Position numbers and translations under genes: made by a program
The notes under the pieces: model-generated
What the model was told of the DNA's origin: nothing
Databases searched by the model: none
What the model saw: the letters and a program-made list of their open reading frames with translations, nothing else
Source: a bacterium
Lineage (GTDB): Bacteria > Chlamydiota > Chlamydiia > Chlamydiales > SM23-39
Assembly (NCBI GenBank): GCA_021811265.1
Contig: JAJZPH010000005.1
Coordinates: 1,787 to 65,786, forward strand
Direction: 5' to 3'
Length of the DNA: 64,000 nt
Part shown: in pieces, positions 34,223-43,318 of the stretch
Layout of the letters: the number at the start of each line of letters is the position of its first letter
How positions within the stretch are numbered: the first letter of the stretch is position 1

Positions 34223-35642
34223 GATGAAAGAGCTTGCTCCTGCAATCTACCTTCTGCCCAAAGAGGGAAAGATGCGTGTGCCCGGCCTTGTTGTGGCGAC
34301 CAAAGAGCTTCTTTTAGAAGAAGAACTCACGCAAGCTCTCGAACAGGTGCGCAACGTCGCGCACCTTCCTGGAATTGTAGGTTATAGCATTGCAATGCCC
34401 GATATTCATTGGGGTTATGGATTTCCCATTGGAGGCGTGGCTGCAATGGATGTCGAAACGGGCGTGATTAGCCCTGGAGGTGTTGGTTATGACATCAATT
34501 GTGGTGTTCGGCTGGCTCTTCTTCCCGAGAAGCTAGAGAATATTTCTTCTTCCACACGTCGGGAGCTGTTAAAAACCATTTTCCAAACAGTGCCGTCAGG
34601 CGTTGGCTATGGCCATCGGGGCATTCGTGGCCTTAGCGACCTTGATTATAAAGAAATTGCGGAAAAAGGAGCTCTCTTTTCGATTGAACAGGGGTTGGGT
34701 CTTGTAGAAGACCTAGATCACATTGAGAGCAGGGGAGTGATTCTAGGTGGTGACATTGATCTCATCTCTACTCATGCCAAAGAAAGGGGTAGAAAGCAGC
34801 TAGGAAGCGTAGGGTCGGGAAATCATTTTATTGAAATTGGAGAAATAGAAAAAATTTTTCTTCCAGACATTGCCGCTGCTTGGGGTGTGGAAGAAAAACA
34901 AGCCTATCTGCTCATCCATACAGGATCGCGCGGTTTTGGTCACCAGGTGTGTCAAGATACCTTAGATGATTTTATGAAACGTGGTTTTGCAAAAGGGCTG
35001 CCCGACAAACAACTGGTAGCAGCTCCCATCCAAAGCACGGAGGGGAAAAACTATTTTTCTGCTATGGCCGTTGCGGCAAATTTTGCTTTTAACAACCGCC
35101 AGCAAATCCTCCATCTGGTGCGCGAAGCTCTGATGCAGGTATGCGGCTTTCCCCATGAAAAGGTTCGTTTGCTTTACGATGTTGCACATAATATTGCCAA
35201 ATTTGAAACGCATCTTGTCGATGGATCATTAAAAAAACTGTGTGTGCATCGTAAAGGGGCGACGCGTGCCTTTGGAGTTGGAAACGAAGATCTGCCTCTT
35301 GTCTTTCGCAGAACGGGACAGCCAGTGATTGTGCCGGGAGATATGGGACGAGCAAGCTTTTTGCTTGTGGGTCGTGGACACGAGCTTACCTGGTCTAGCT
35401 CCTGTCATGGCGCTGGCAGGGCCAAGAGCCGCGTTGCTTCTGCAAAAGCTTGGAGAGGAAGGGACCTAAAAGAGACCATGCACAAGCAGGGAGTCGAGGT
35501 GATGGCAGTTTCTCTCAAAACCATTGCGGAAGAGATGCCAGACGCCTACAAAGACGTTGCCCAAGTAGTTAGTGCTGTCGAGCAAGCGGGTTTGGCCGGA
35601 ATTGTGGCCAAGCTGCATCCCCATCTCGTCATCAAAGGCTAG
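34215..35642 (+). CDS. rtcB: RNA-splicing ligase RtcB (3'-phosphate/5'-hydroxy RNA ligase)
   Basis: MPDIHWGYGFPIGGVAA, GGVGYDINCGVR, GSGNHFIE, HTGSRGFGHQV and HGAGR are all canonical RtcB active-site segments. The start is ATG 34215 or 34224, and the track uses TTG 34209. Confidence 0.94.
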   Translation: MSEMKELAPAIYLLPKEGKMRVPGLVVATKELLLEEELTQALEQVRNVAHLPGIVGYSIAMPDIHWGYGFPIGGVAAMDVETGVISPGGVGYDINCGVRLALLPEKLENISSSTRRELLKTIFQTVPSGVGYGHRGIRGLSDLDYKEIAEKGALFSIEQGLGLVEDLDHIESRGVILGGDIDLISTHAKERGRKQLGSVGSGNHFIEIGEIEKIFLPDIAAAWGVEEKQAYLLIHTGSRGFGHQVCQDTLDDFMKRGFAKGLPDKQLVAAPIQSTEGKNYFSAMAVAANFAFNNRQQILHLVREALMQVCGFPHEKVRLLYDVAHNIAKFETHLVDGSLKKLCVHRKGATRAFGVGNEDLPLVFRRTGQPVIVPGDMGRASFLLVGRGHELTWSSSCHGAGRAKSRVASAKAWRGRDLKETMHKQGVEVMAVSLKTIAEEMPDAYKDVAQVVSAVEQAGLAGIVAKLHPHLVIKG

Positions 35643-35735
35643 CAATGCTGTCAACTCAAAGATTCGAGAAAGCGCTCTCGAGCGCTGAGGTTTTCTGGTA
35701 GGGAATTTTTTAAGGGACAAAGCCCCTTAAGTTGA
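35643..35735. mobile_element. MITE-like repeat, family B (copy 2, shorter and degenerate)
   Basis: It begins immediately after the rtcB stop. The sequence CAATGCTGTCAACTCAAAGATTCGAGAAAGCGCTCTCGAGCGCT...TTAAGGGACAAAGCCCCTTAAGTTGAGCA aligns with 17364-17511 but lacks the central GGAAAC hairpin. No clear target duplication. Confidence 0.5.
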
Positions 35736-35845
35736 GCACAGAGACGTTAACAACAAAAAGGCAGAGCGGAGAGGCTCTGCAGGAAAAGAACTGTCTTTTC
35801 TCCGTCTATTTTGCTATCATATAGTGTAAAAAAATTTGATTTTTT

Positions 35846-37651
35846 GTGGATTACTGCCCTTCTGTTTTTCAAACAAAGCGCTTTGTGACAAGAGAAGTGG
35901 TCATTGGAAGAGTTGCTATCGGAGCCAGCCATCCCATACGCATCCAATCGATGACCACCTATGATGCTTGCAACACAGATGCCAACGTAGAGCAAATTTT
36001 GGAGCTTGTAGAAGCCAAATGTGAGATTGTGCGCCTGGCAATTCAAGGAAAGAAGCAGGTGGAAGGGATGGAAAAAATCAAAAACGAGCTGGTTAAGCGA
36101 GGCTGTTATATTCCCCTTGTTGCTGACGTACATTTTTTTCCACAAGCTGCACTATGGGTCGCAGAGGTTGCAGATAAGGTACGCATCAACCCTGGAAATT
36201 TTGCAACGGTTTTGCAAGAAAAGGATGTAAGTAGTGATTTCGCTTTGGCAGAAATCGAAAGGAAGCTAGAACCATTGATCCTCAAGTGCCGGAAAAGGAA
36301 GGTTCCCATTCGTCTGGGAGCAAATAGCGGCTCGCTTTCCGAGAGAATCCTCTATCTGTATGGAAACACTCCCGAAGGAATGGTCTTTTCTGCTCTGGAA
36401 TATGCGGAAATCTGCCGCAAACTAGACTTTCATGACCTTGTGTTTTCCATGAAAGCAAGTAATTCTTTGTCTACAATCGCAGCCTATCGACTGTTGGTTT
36501 ATGAAATGATGCGAAGAGGATGGAACTATCCCATTCATCTGGGGGTGACCGAAGCAGGGGAGGGGTTAGAGGGAAGAATGAAATCTGCCGTTGGCATTGG
36601 ATCTCTTCTTCAAGATGGGATTGGCGATACCATTCGCGTTTCGCTTACGGAAAATCCAGTGCAGGAGATCTTGTCAGCACGGACCTTGTCTGCGATGGCA
36701 GAAGAGAAAAGAGGACAAGGAATTGCTCCATTTGCCGAAGAGTTTAGGCGTCCTCTACAGATCTCTTCCAAAAAGGGAGCTTTGCTCTTTGTAAAAACAG
36801 CTGCGCACGATCTTTTAGAAAAAGATTTTTTTTCATCAATTGGTTGCCAGCAAAAGCAAATGCCAATAGATGGCCTTTATCTGGAAACGATTCCTGATCT
36901 TGAGAAAATCAGGCCTATTTTGTCAGAGCTGCAAAAGAAAAAAATTACCGTTGCGAGCAGAACGGAGGATCCGCTGTGCATCCGTGTGTGTACTGCTGCC
37001 GAAGCTCCTGTTGCCAAAGAGCCCTTTTGTCTTCTTCTGCCATCCAATGAAAGTGAGTGGGAAGTTCTTTTGAAAGTTCGCCCCTCTATGATTTTTTTTC
37101 AACCAAAGCATTATTCTCTTCATGAAGCGAGAAAGTTTTATAATTGGCTACACACGCATCGGATAGAAACCCCATTTCTTTTAGACTTTCCTGTGCAGAA
37201 AAAAAGAGAGAGTCGAGAAATCTACCTTGCAGCAGAAATGGGATCATTATTGTGCGATGGAATAGGAGATGGCATTGTGCTTTCTATCGGAGAAACGTTG
37301 CACGATTCTCGAACATTTGGTCTGTGTCTTCTTCAAGCCTGCCGCAGGCGTTTGAGCCAGACAGAATTTATCTCCTGCCCTGGATGCGGAAGAACTCTTT
37401 TCGATTTGCAAAACATAGCGCGCGAAGTGAAAAATAATTTTAGCCAATTTCCAGGAATAAAAATTGCGATTATGGGATGCGTTGTGAATGGACCTGGTGA
37501 AATGGAGGATGCGGATTTTGGTGTGGTAGGATCTGGGTTGCACTGCGTCGATCTCTATGCGCAAAAGAAGTGTATTGCAAAAAACATCTCTTGCGCGGAG
37601 ATTACCCCTCGTCTTACGGCTCTAATTAAAGAGCATCTAGGGCTCTCTTGA
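35846..37651 (+). CDS. ispG: 4-hydroxy-3-methylbut-2-en-1-yl diphosphate synthase, long (insert-containing) form
   Basis: RIQSMT, VRLAIQG, VADVHF, VRINPGN, HLGVTEAG and the C-terminal 4Fe-4S motif CPGCGRT...GCVVNGPGE. At about 600 aa with a central insert it is the plant/chlamydial type. Confidence 0.93.
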   Translation: MDYCPSVFQTKRFVTREVVIGRVAIGASHPIRIQSMTTYDACNTDANVEQILELVEAKCEIVRLAIQGKKQVEGMEKIKNELVKRGCYIPLVADVHFFPQAALWVAEVADKVRINPGNFATVLQEKDVSSDFALAEIERKLEPLILKCRKRKVPIRLGANSGSLSERILYLYGNTPEGMVFSALEYAEICRKLDFHDLVFSMKASNSLSTIAAYRLLVYEMMRRGWNYPIHLGVTEAGEGLEGRMKSAVGIGSLLQDGIGDTIRVSLTENPVQEILSARTLSAMAEEKRGQGIAPFAEEFRRPLQISSKKGALLFVKTAAHDLLEKDFFSSIGCQQKQMPIDGLYLETIPDLEKIRPILSELQKKKITVASRTEDPLCIRVCTAAEAPVAKEPFCLLLPSNESEWEVLLKVRPSMIFFQPKHYSLHEARKFYNWLHTHRIETPFLLDFPVQKKRESREIYLAAEMGSLLCDGIGDGIVLSIGETLHDSRTFGLCLLQACRRRLSQTEFISCPGCGRTLFDLQNIAREVKNNFSQFPGIKIAIMGCVVNGPGEMEDADFGVVGSGLHCVDLYAQKKCIAKNISCAEITPRLTALIKEHLGLS

Positions 37652-37656
37652 GATTT

Positions 37657-38019
37657 TCATGAAAGCAGTACCTGAACGACCTCTTTCTTAATGGCCTGTT
37701 TTGCGCTAACTCCCGCATTTTTGACGACAGGAGCAACTGTCGTGTCAAAAAAACTGTTAATCTTGGCTGTAAATGCGTCGAAACGTGCTGCAATTGCCGC
37801 ATCAATGAAAAAAGAATAGCTGAGAAACATTGCAGAAGCAGGTATTCCAACTACAGGAAGGGAGGAGACGGTAACGGGAAGCAGCTTTAATGCTAAATCA
37901 TAAAGTGCATAGGGTACGGGCTCTTGGACTACTGATTTTTTTAACTCTTCCCAGAGCCTTGGAAAGTAGGGAAGATTTGATACATCGGTAGTTTGTGCAG
38001 CACTTGCCTCATGTGACAT
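37657..38019 (-). CDS. Hypothetical protein (120 aa)
   Basis: A strong RBS, AAGGAGG, lies 6 nt upstream of the ATG at 38019. Contains one central hydrophobic stretch. No recognisable family. Confidence 0.55.
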   Translation of the reverse strand: MSHEASAAQTTDVSNLPYFPRLWEELKKSVVQEPVPYALYDLALKLLPVTVSSLPVVGIPASAMFLSYSFFIDAAIAARFDAFTAKINSFFDTTVAPVVKNAGVSAKQAIKKEVVQVLLS

Positions 38020-38127
38020 AGAAACCTCCTTAAGTTAGTGAAGCAAGTATAATTTTTTTATTAAAGAAATTTCAAGAAAAATAAACAATTTTCTTGTTTT
38101 CCTAGATCAAAAAGGAGTGTTTTTCAA

Positions 38128-38269
38128 AAGATTTTGAAGCTATGCGAAAATCCTCGCGGTTGAAAGACCGCAAGCTACCCAATATTAATGAAATATGGGG
38201 TAGTTTGCGGTCTTTCAACCCCGAGTTTTTGGCGTGCTCCAGAAACCGATTTTCCAAGTTCTTTGTGTA
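38128..38269. mobile_element. MITE-like repeat, family A (copy 2, opposite orientation, one terminus eroded)
   Basis: The sequence ...TTTTGAAGCTATGCGAAAATCCTCGCGGTTGAAAG...CCCCGAGTTTTTGGCGTGCTCCAGAAACCGATTTTCCAAGTTCTTTGTGTA ends 52 nt upstream of the leuS ATG. Confidence 0.6.
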
Positions 38270-38320
38270 TGTAAATTTCCTTGTCTTGGTATATTCTTCT
38301 AAAAACCCTAGGGTAGCCCT

Positions 38321-40900
38321 ATGTCCTACGATCACCGTTTTGTCGAAAAAAAATGGCAAAGCATTTGGAGAGAAAACAAGACCTTCAAAGCAACGATCGA
38401 TTGTAAAAAGCCAAAATTCTACGTTCTTGACATGTTTCCCTACCCTTCGGGTGCGGGACTCCATGTAGGCCACGTAACGGGATATACGGGCACAGACATC
38501 ATTGCTCGCTATAAGCGGCAGAAAGGCTACAACGTTTTGCATCCTATGGGATGGGATAGTTTTGGCCTTCCTGCAGAACAATATGCCATTCGCACGGGAA
38601 CCCATCCCGCCATCACCACAAGAAAAAACATTGCAACCTACACGCGACAACTTGAATCTCTTGGCTTTAGCTACGATTGGGAAAGAGAGATTGCTACCAG
38701 CGACCCTACCTATTACAAATGGACGCAATGGATCTTTACCCTTCTCTATAAAAAGGGACTTGCTTATGAAGCTGAAGTTTCGGTGAACTTTTGCCCGGAG
38801 TTGGGAACCGTTTTGGCCAATGAAGAAGTGGAGGGTGGCAAATCCATTTTGGGAGGATATCCCGTAGTAAAAAAACCCCTGCGTCAGTGGATATTAAAGA
38901 TTACACAATATGCAGACCGATTGATTGAAGATCTAAATCTGGCCAACTGGCCCGAAAATATTAAGAAGTTGCAGATCAACTGGATTGGCAGAAGCGAAGG
39001 AGCAAAGATCTATTTCCCTCTGGAAAAGAGCAAAGAAAACATCCAAGTGTTTACAACTAGGCCCGATACCCTTTTTGGCGTCACCTTTTTGCTTCTTTCT
39101 CCTGAGCATCCCTCCGTCAAAGAGATTACAACATTAGAGCAAAAAAAAGCCGTCGAAGAGTACATCCAGCGCTTTCGTCAAATGAATGCGAAGGATTATA
39201 GGGGAGAGGCCGAGAGAGAGAAAACGGGCGTCTGGACAGGCAGCTTTGCCATCCACCCTGTAACGGGAAAAAAACTTCCTGTTTGGATTTCTGACTATGT
39301 GCTGATGGGATATGCTGCAGGGGCCGTGATGTGCGTTCCTGCAAATGACGAAAGAGATTTTGCTTTTGCCACAACCTATCAGCTTCCGATCCTTCCCGTT
39401 GTAGATCCCGATATGAATCTGTGCACGGAAGAGATGCTCCACAACCTATCGCAAGAGGAATTTCGCAACGAGGTTATTTTGGCAAAGCGCTGCTGGCCCT
39501 TGTCAGGAACGGCGATCAACAGCACAAGCACAAAAATCTCTCTTAACGATCTCTCTACTGAAAAGGCCAAAGAGGCGATGATTGCCTGGCTGGAGAAAAA
39601 CAAAACAGGAGAAAAGGCAGTCAATTATAAGCTCAGAGACTGGCTTTTCTCGCGCCAACGCTATTGGGGAGAACCCTTTCCCATCCTCCATTTTGCCGAT
39701 GGAAGTTATCGCGTCTTAGACCTCGATGAGCTTCCTCTTATGCCGCCCGAACTCGAAGATTACCAACCCACAGGAAATGGGGAAAGTCCGTTGGCCAAGG
39801 TGGAAGATTGGGTCCATATTATCGATCCTAAAACAAAGAAAAAAGCCAAAAGAGAGATCAATACCATGCCGCAATGGGCAGGATCTTGCTGGTATTATCT
39901 TCGCTTTTGCGATCCCACAAATGACCAAGAGGCGTGGAGTAAAGAAGCGGAAAAATACTGGATGAACGTCGATCTGTATGTGGGAGGTTCTGAACATGCA
40001 GTAGCCCATCTTCTCTATGCGCGTTTTTGGCACAAAGTACTCTTTGACTGTGGACTTGTAACTACAAAAGAACCCTTTGCTACCTATCAACCCATCGGAG
40101 TGGTAACGGCGCCTTCATATAGGAAAAAAAGCGGCGGTTATGTTTCTTCTCATGAAGTTGTGGAGAAAGAGGGGAAGTATTACTACAAAGAGACAAATGA
40201 GGAGCTTGTCTACCAGATTGACAAAATGTCCAAGTCGAAACTCAATGGAGTTACGCCGGATGACATTATTGAGGAGTTTGGAGCGGATGCCTTGAGGCTA
40301 TATGAAATGTTCATGGGCCCTTTCGACAAAGAAAAGATCTGGAATACCGATGCAGTTAATGGATGCAAACGATTTTTGCATCGTCTTTATGAACTGGTGA
40401 TTTCAGACAAGCTTTCCGAAGAGAGCTCGGAAGAAGCACTTCGATTGGGATACCGGCTGGTGCACCTTGTGACGAAAGACATAGAACTCTTGAGCTTTAA
40501 TACCGCGATTGCAAAGATGATGGAGTTTGTCAATGCTTTTTCCAAACTGCCTGCCTATGGCAAGCAAGCACTCAAAATGGCCGCACAAGTTCTCTATCCC
40601 TTTGCTCCGCATATTGCAGCTGAAATATGGGAAAAGCTAGGGGAGAGGGGCATGATTGATTTCGTAGATCTACCTTCGGTTCCCGAACACTACCTGCAGG
40701 AAGAGAATGCTACTTTCGTGATTCAAGTGAATGGAAAAGTGCGTTCTAGGGCCACTCTTGCCAAAAACCAGAACAAAGAATCTCTTTTTGCCTTTGCCAA
40801 AGAAGATCCGCAAGTGCAAAAATATTTGGCTCGTGGAAAAATCGTGAAAACGATTTTTGTACCAGAAAAGCTGTTGAATATCGTCATCGACGAGAAGTAG
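38321..40900 (+). CDS. leuS: Leucyl-tRNA synthetase
   Basis: MFPYPSGAGLHVGHVTGY (HIGH motif), the CP1 editing domain, KMSKSKLN (KMSKS motif). 859 aa. Confidence 0.97.
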   Translation: MSYDHRFVEKKWQSIWRENKTFKATIDCKKPKFYVLDMFPYPSGAGLHVGHVTGYTGTDIIARYKRQKGYNVLHPMGWDSFGLPAEQYAIRTGTHPAITTRKNIATYTRQLESLGFSYDWEREIATSDPTYYKWTQWIFTLLYKKGLAYEAEVSVNFCPELGTVLANEEVEGGKSILGGYPVVKKPLRQWILKITQYADRLIEDLNLANWPENIKKLQINWIGRSEGAKIYFPLEKSKENIQVFTTRPDTLFGVTFLLLSPEHPSVKEITTLEQKKAVEEYIQRFRQMNAKDYRGEAEREKTGVWTGSFAIHPVTGKKLPVWISDYVLMGYAAGAVMCVPANDERDFAFATTYQLPILPVVDPDMNLCTEEMLHNLSQEEFRNEVILAKRCWPLSGTAINSTSTKISLNDLSTEKAKEAMIAWLEKNKTGEKAVNYKLRDWLFSRQRYWGEPFPILHFADGSYRVLDLDELPLMPPELEDYQPTGNGESPLAKVEDWVHIIDPKTKKKAKREINTMPQWAGSCWYYLRFCDPTNDQEAWSKEAEKYWMNVDLYVGGSEHAVAHLLYARFWHKVLFDCGLVTTKEPFATYQPIGVVTAPSYRKKSGGYVSSHEVVEKEGKYYYKETNEELVYQIDKMSKSKLNGVTPDDIIEEFGADALRLYEMFMGPFDKEKIWNTDAVNGCKRFLHRLYELVISDKLSEESSEEALRLGYRLVHLVTKDIELLSFNTAIAKMMEFVNAFSKLPAYGKQALKMAAQVLYPFAPHIAAEIWEKLGERGMIDFVDLPSVPEHYLQEENATFVIQVNGKVRSRATLAKNQNKESLFAFAKEDPQVQKYLARGKIVKTIFVPEKLLNIVIDEK

Positions 40901-42151
40901 ATGATCTACAATTTGCTGCTTGCTCTCTACTTTTTTCCTCGATACCTTTTTGAAAGGTTTTTTTCACATAAGCGTCGCAGCTTTCTTTGGCAGAGGTTGG
41001 GAGTTTTCGCCTATCCACCTCTAAAAAAGAGAGAAAAACCTCTCATCTGGATCCATGCTGTTTCTGTAGGGGAGACCAAAGCCGCAAAACCCTTCCTTCA
41101 TCAACTCAGAGAGCGATTTCCAAATGGGACGATTATTGTTTCTTCGACCACCGAGACTGGCCATGAAGAGGCACAGAAAAGCTTAACCGAGGCAACCATG
41201 CACCTTTTTTTGCCTTTTGACTTTTCCTTTTCTGTAAAGAGGGTTTTGCAAGCGTTTCCCATCGACCTTTTGTTTTTTGTGGAGACAGATCTCTGGTATA
41301 ACCTGATTCGCCATGCCAAAAAAAGAGGAGCAAAAATTTTTCTCATCAGTGCAAAAATGTCTAAGCGATCCTCTTCGCGCTACCGCTGGTCTTCTTTTTA
41401 TTCGAAGCGGCTTTTTTCCTATTTTGATTGCATCTGTTGTCAAAATGAGGATTTTAAAAAGCGGTTTTTGCATGCAGGGGCACCTTTGGATAAACTATGC
41501 GTGACAGGTAATTTGAAATTCGACCTTCCTCCCAACCCAATTTCTGAAAAAGAAAGAGAGAAGTGGCGTACAAAATTTACTACTTCTACACAAGATCGAT
41601 TTGTAACCATTGCTTCTACACATGCGACAGAAGAAGAGGGGATTTTGTCTTCCCTCTCGCTCTTTCTGCAAATGCATCCAGAAACCAAAATCTTTTTAGC
41701 GCCAAGACATCCAGAGAGGTGTCCCCAAGTGGCTCGTTTTTTGGAGCAAAATGGGTTTTCCTATACATACCTGAGCAGCCTTGAGCCGAACAAGCAGATT
41801 ATCCTTATCGACTGTCTGGGATTTCTTTCGATCTGCTATGCCCTGAGCTCTCTTGCCATTGTGGGGGGAAGTTTTGTCGACAAAATCGGGGGGCATAACA
41901 TCTTTGAACCCGTCTCTTATGGAGTTCCCGTCTTCTTTGGCCCCTACATGTCGGCCCAAGAAGAGATGGCAAAGTATGTGTTAGAGCACCTGTGCGGCCA
42001 TCAGGTCGCGCTTCAAGAGATCAACGCTTCTTTGACGCGATATGTTACTGAAAAAAAATGGGCTGACGAGCTTTCAAAAAATTGCATACACCTTTTGAAA
42101 AAAAACCATTACGCAAGAGAAACATTGCAGACGATCGAACCTTACTTTTAA
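40901..42151 (+). CDS. waaA: 3-deoxy-D-manno-octulosonic acid (Kdo) transferase
   Basis: LIWIHAVSVGE, ETDLWYNLI, LAPRHPER and GGSF...GGHNIFEP are typical WaaA/KdtA (GseA) segments. The ATG directly follows the leuS stop. Confidence 0.92.
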   Translation: MIYNLLLALYFFPRYLFERFFSHKRRSFLWQRLGVFAYPPLKKREKPLIWIHAVSVGETKAAKPFLHQLRERFPNGTIIVSSTTETGHEEAQKSLTEATMHLFLPFDFSFSVKRVLQAFPIDLLFFVETDLWYNLIRHAKKRGAKIFLISAKMSKRSSSRYRWSSFYSKRLFSYFDCICCQNEDFKKRFLHAGAPLDKLCVTGNLKFDLPPNPISEKEREKWRTKFTTSTQDRFVTIASTHATEEEGILSSLSLFLQMHPETKIFLAPRHPERCPQVARFLEQNGFSYTYLSSLEPNKQIILIDCLGFLSICYALSSLAIVGGSFVDKIGGHNIFEPVSYGVPVFFGPYMSAQEEMAKYVLEHLCGHQVALQEINASLTRYVTEKKWADELSKNCIHLLKKNHYARETLQTIEPYF

Positions 42152-42211
42152 GATTTTTTTCATGAGAAATTCACATGTCGAATAGCAACGTATAAGAATT
42201 CATTTTCCTTT

Positions 42212-42241
42212 TTGCGAGTATTTTGCTAGTATCTCTATAAA
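42212..42241 (+). promoter_or_regulatory. Candidate promoter of the tRNA pair (-35 TTGCGA, 18-bp spacer, -10 TATAAA)
   Basis: Hexamers read directly from the sequence. The -10 element ends 7 nt before the first tRNA nucleotide. Confidence 0.35.
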
Positions 42242-42248
42242 TTCTCGA

Positions 42249-42321
42249 CGCGGGGTGGAGCAGTGGTTAGCTCGTTGGGCTCATAACCCAAAGGTCGGAG
42301 GTTCGAATCCTTCCCCCGCCA
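42249..42321 (+). tRNA. Initiator tRNA-fMet (anticodon CAU)
   Basis: Manual cloverleaf: acceptor CGCGGGG/CCCCGCC with a 1-72 mismatch, and D arm GAGC-AGTGGTTA-GCTC. The anticodon stem ends in three G-C pairs (GGG/CCC) around loop CTCATAA, and the T arm is GGAGG-TTCGAAT-CCTTC. CCA is not encoded. Confidence 0.85.
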
Positions 42322-42329
42322 TTTTAATT

Positions 42330-42403
42330 AGCGGCATAGCTCAGTTGGTTAGAGCAGCGGAATCATAATCCGCGTGTCGTTGGTTCAAATCCGACTGCCG
42401 CTA
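42330..42403 (+). tRNA. tRNA with anticodon CAU (elongator Met, or lysidine-modified Ile2; not resolvable by eye)
   Basis: Manual cloverleaf: AGCGGCA / GCTC-AGTTGGTTA-GAGC / GCGGA-ATCATAA-TCCGC / GTGTC / GTTGG-TTCAAAT-CCGAC / TGCCGCT-A. CCA is not encoded. Confidence 0.85.
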
Positions 42404-42466
42404 ATAACTTTTAGGTAAATTGAGGCTTTCGGCCTTTCTTATAAGTTTTTTTCAATGCAAGATTTA

Positions 42467-42600
42467 TACACAAAGAACTTGGAAAATCGGCTTTTGAAGC
42501 TATGCGAAAATCCTCGCGGTTGGAATTGGGATAGTTTGCGATATTCCATCCCCGAGTTTTTGGCGTGCTCCAGAAACCGATTTTCCAAGTTCTTTGTGTA
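42467..42600. mobile_element. MITE-like repeat, family A (copy 3, 134 bp, both termini intact)
   Basis: TACACAAAGAACTTGGAAAATCGG...CCGATTTTCCAAGTTCTTTGTGTA, with a shorter centre than copy 1. It lies 64 nt downstream of the second tRNA. Confidence 0.7.
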
Positions 42601-42809
42601 CACAACTTTGAATGTTAAAAACTTATGTTGATTAGCATATGCGAGGATTGTAAGAGTACTCTGAAGAGAAAGTAGTCGTACATTTCTCGACATATCGTGA
42701 AGTTACAGGTGTGGAATGGGTATCGAAACTCCTCACGTTTCCTAACATAACATAAATTATCAGACGTTCATATACTTTGAATTACATTGTAAACATGAAA
42801 TCAAATGTA

Positions 42810-43211
42810 CTATTCCCAAAAAGAGCGCTGGGCAGAACCCTTGCTCTCCTTCCCTTGAGTTTCTGGGCCCGGTGGCTCTCGATTAGAAGAGTTCTTTTTC
42901 CTCAATTCGTCCAATAGCAGATTGTAGTGAAAATAGCCGCGCTCTATCAAATAGCCATCTTTGAAAACCAGTGGTGTGAAGCTTTCCTCTGATGGCTTGG
43001 CTTTTGTGCCATAAAACAAGATTCTGTATTCCTCAAAACACTCTTCGCGGTCTGGCTTTCCTAAAATTTGCACTACTTTTTGCAGGTCCGCTCCCCGCTT
43101 GATCTGCTGGATTTTTGCGTATGTGATATCCTGAGGCGCTTGTGAAGGACGGGATTTTGCACAGCTTAAAAAAATGAGGGTCGATAAGATCATGAGAAAA
43201 AGTGCACGCAT
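42810..43211 (-). CDS. Lipoprotein, possibly BamE/SmpA-OmlA-like
   Basis: Signal peptide with lipobox MRALFLMILSTLIFLSC. RBS AAGGTGG upstream. The segment IKRGADLQKVVQILGKPD resembles the BamE core, but the function call is weak. Confidence 0.6.
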   Translation of the reverse strand: MRALFLMILSTLIFLSCAKSRPSQAPQDITYAKIQQIKRGADLQKVVQILGKPDREECFEEYRILFYGTKAKPSEESFTPLVFKDGYLIERGYFHYNLLLDELRKKNSSNREPPGPETQGKESKGSAQRSFWE

Positions 43212-43318
43212 ACTACCACCTTGTCCAAAGTGGATCTTAAGGCAACAAAAGTGGAAAAGTCAAAAAAATTGTAGTAAGAGTTTAAAAATTCATGGCAAAA
43301 TAGTATCAAACTAAAAAA

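Noticed and set aside
35747-36145. A 132-aa minus-strand ORF overlapping the ispG 5' end.
   Set aside because: It is antisense to the well-supported ispG coding region and extends into intergenic hairpin sequence. Nothing supports it.
38102-38728. A 208-aa minus-strand ORF and a 108-aa plus-strand ORF (38142-38468) spanning the leuS start region.
   Set aside because: Both read through the family-A repeat, and their N- or C-terminal peptides recur in other repeat copies. They also run antisense or off-frame to the unambiguous leuS gene, so they are artefacts.
42421-42460. A weak hairpin (AGGC-TTTCG-GCCT) followed by T-rich sequence downstream of the second tRNA, considered as a rho-independent terminator.
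   Set aside because: The stem is only 4-5 bp and the T-tract is interrupted. The adjacent long family-A hairpin is a more plausible transcription barrier, so I did not annotate it.
42404-42809. A possible genomic-island boundary or integrase downstream of the tRNA pair.
   Set aside because: No integrase or recombinase ORF, no duplicated tRNA 3' fragment and no block of foreign-looking genes follow. Ordinary genes (lipoprotein, HIT, patatin) resume immediately.
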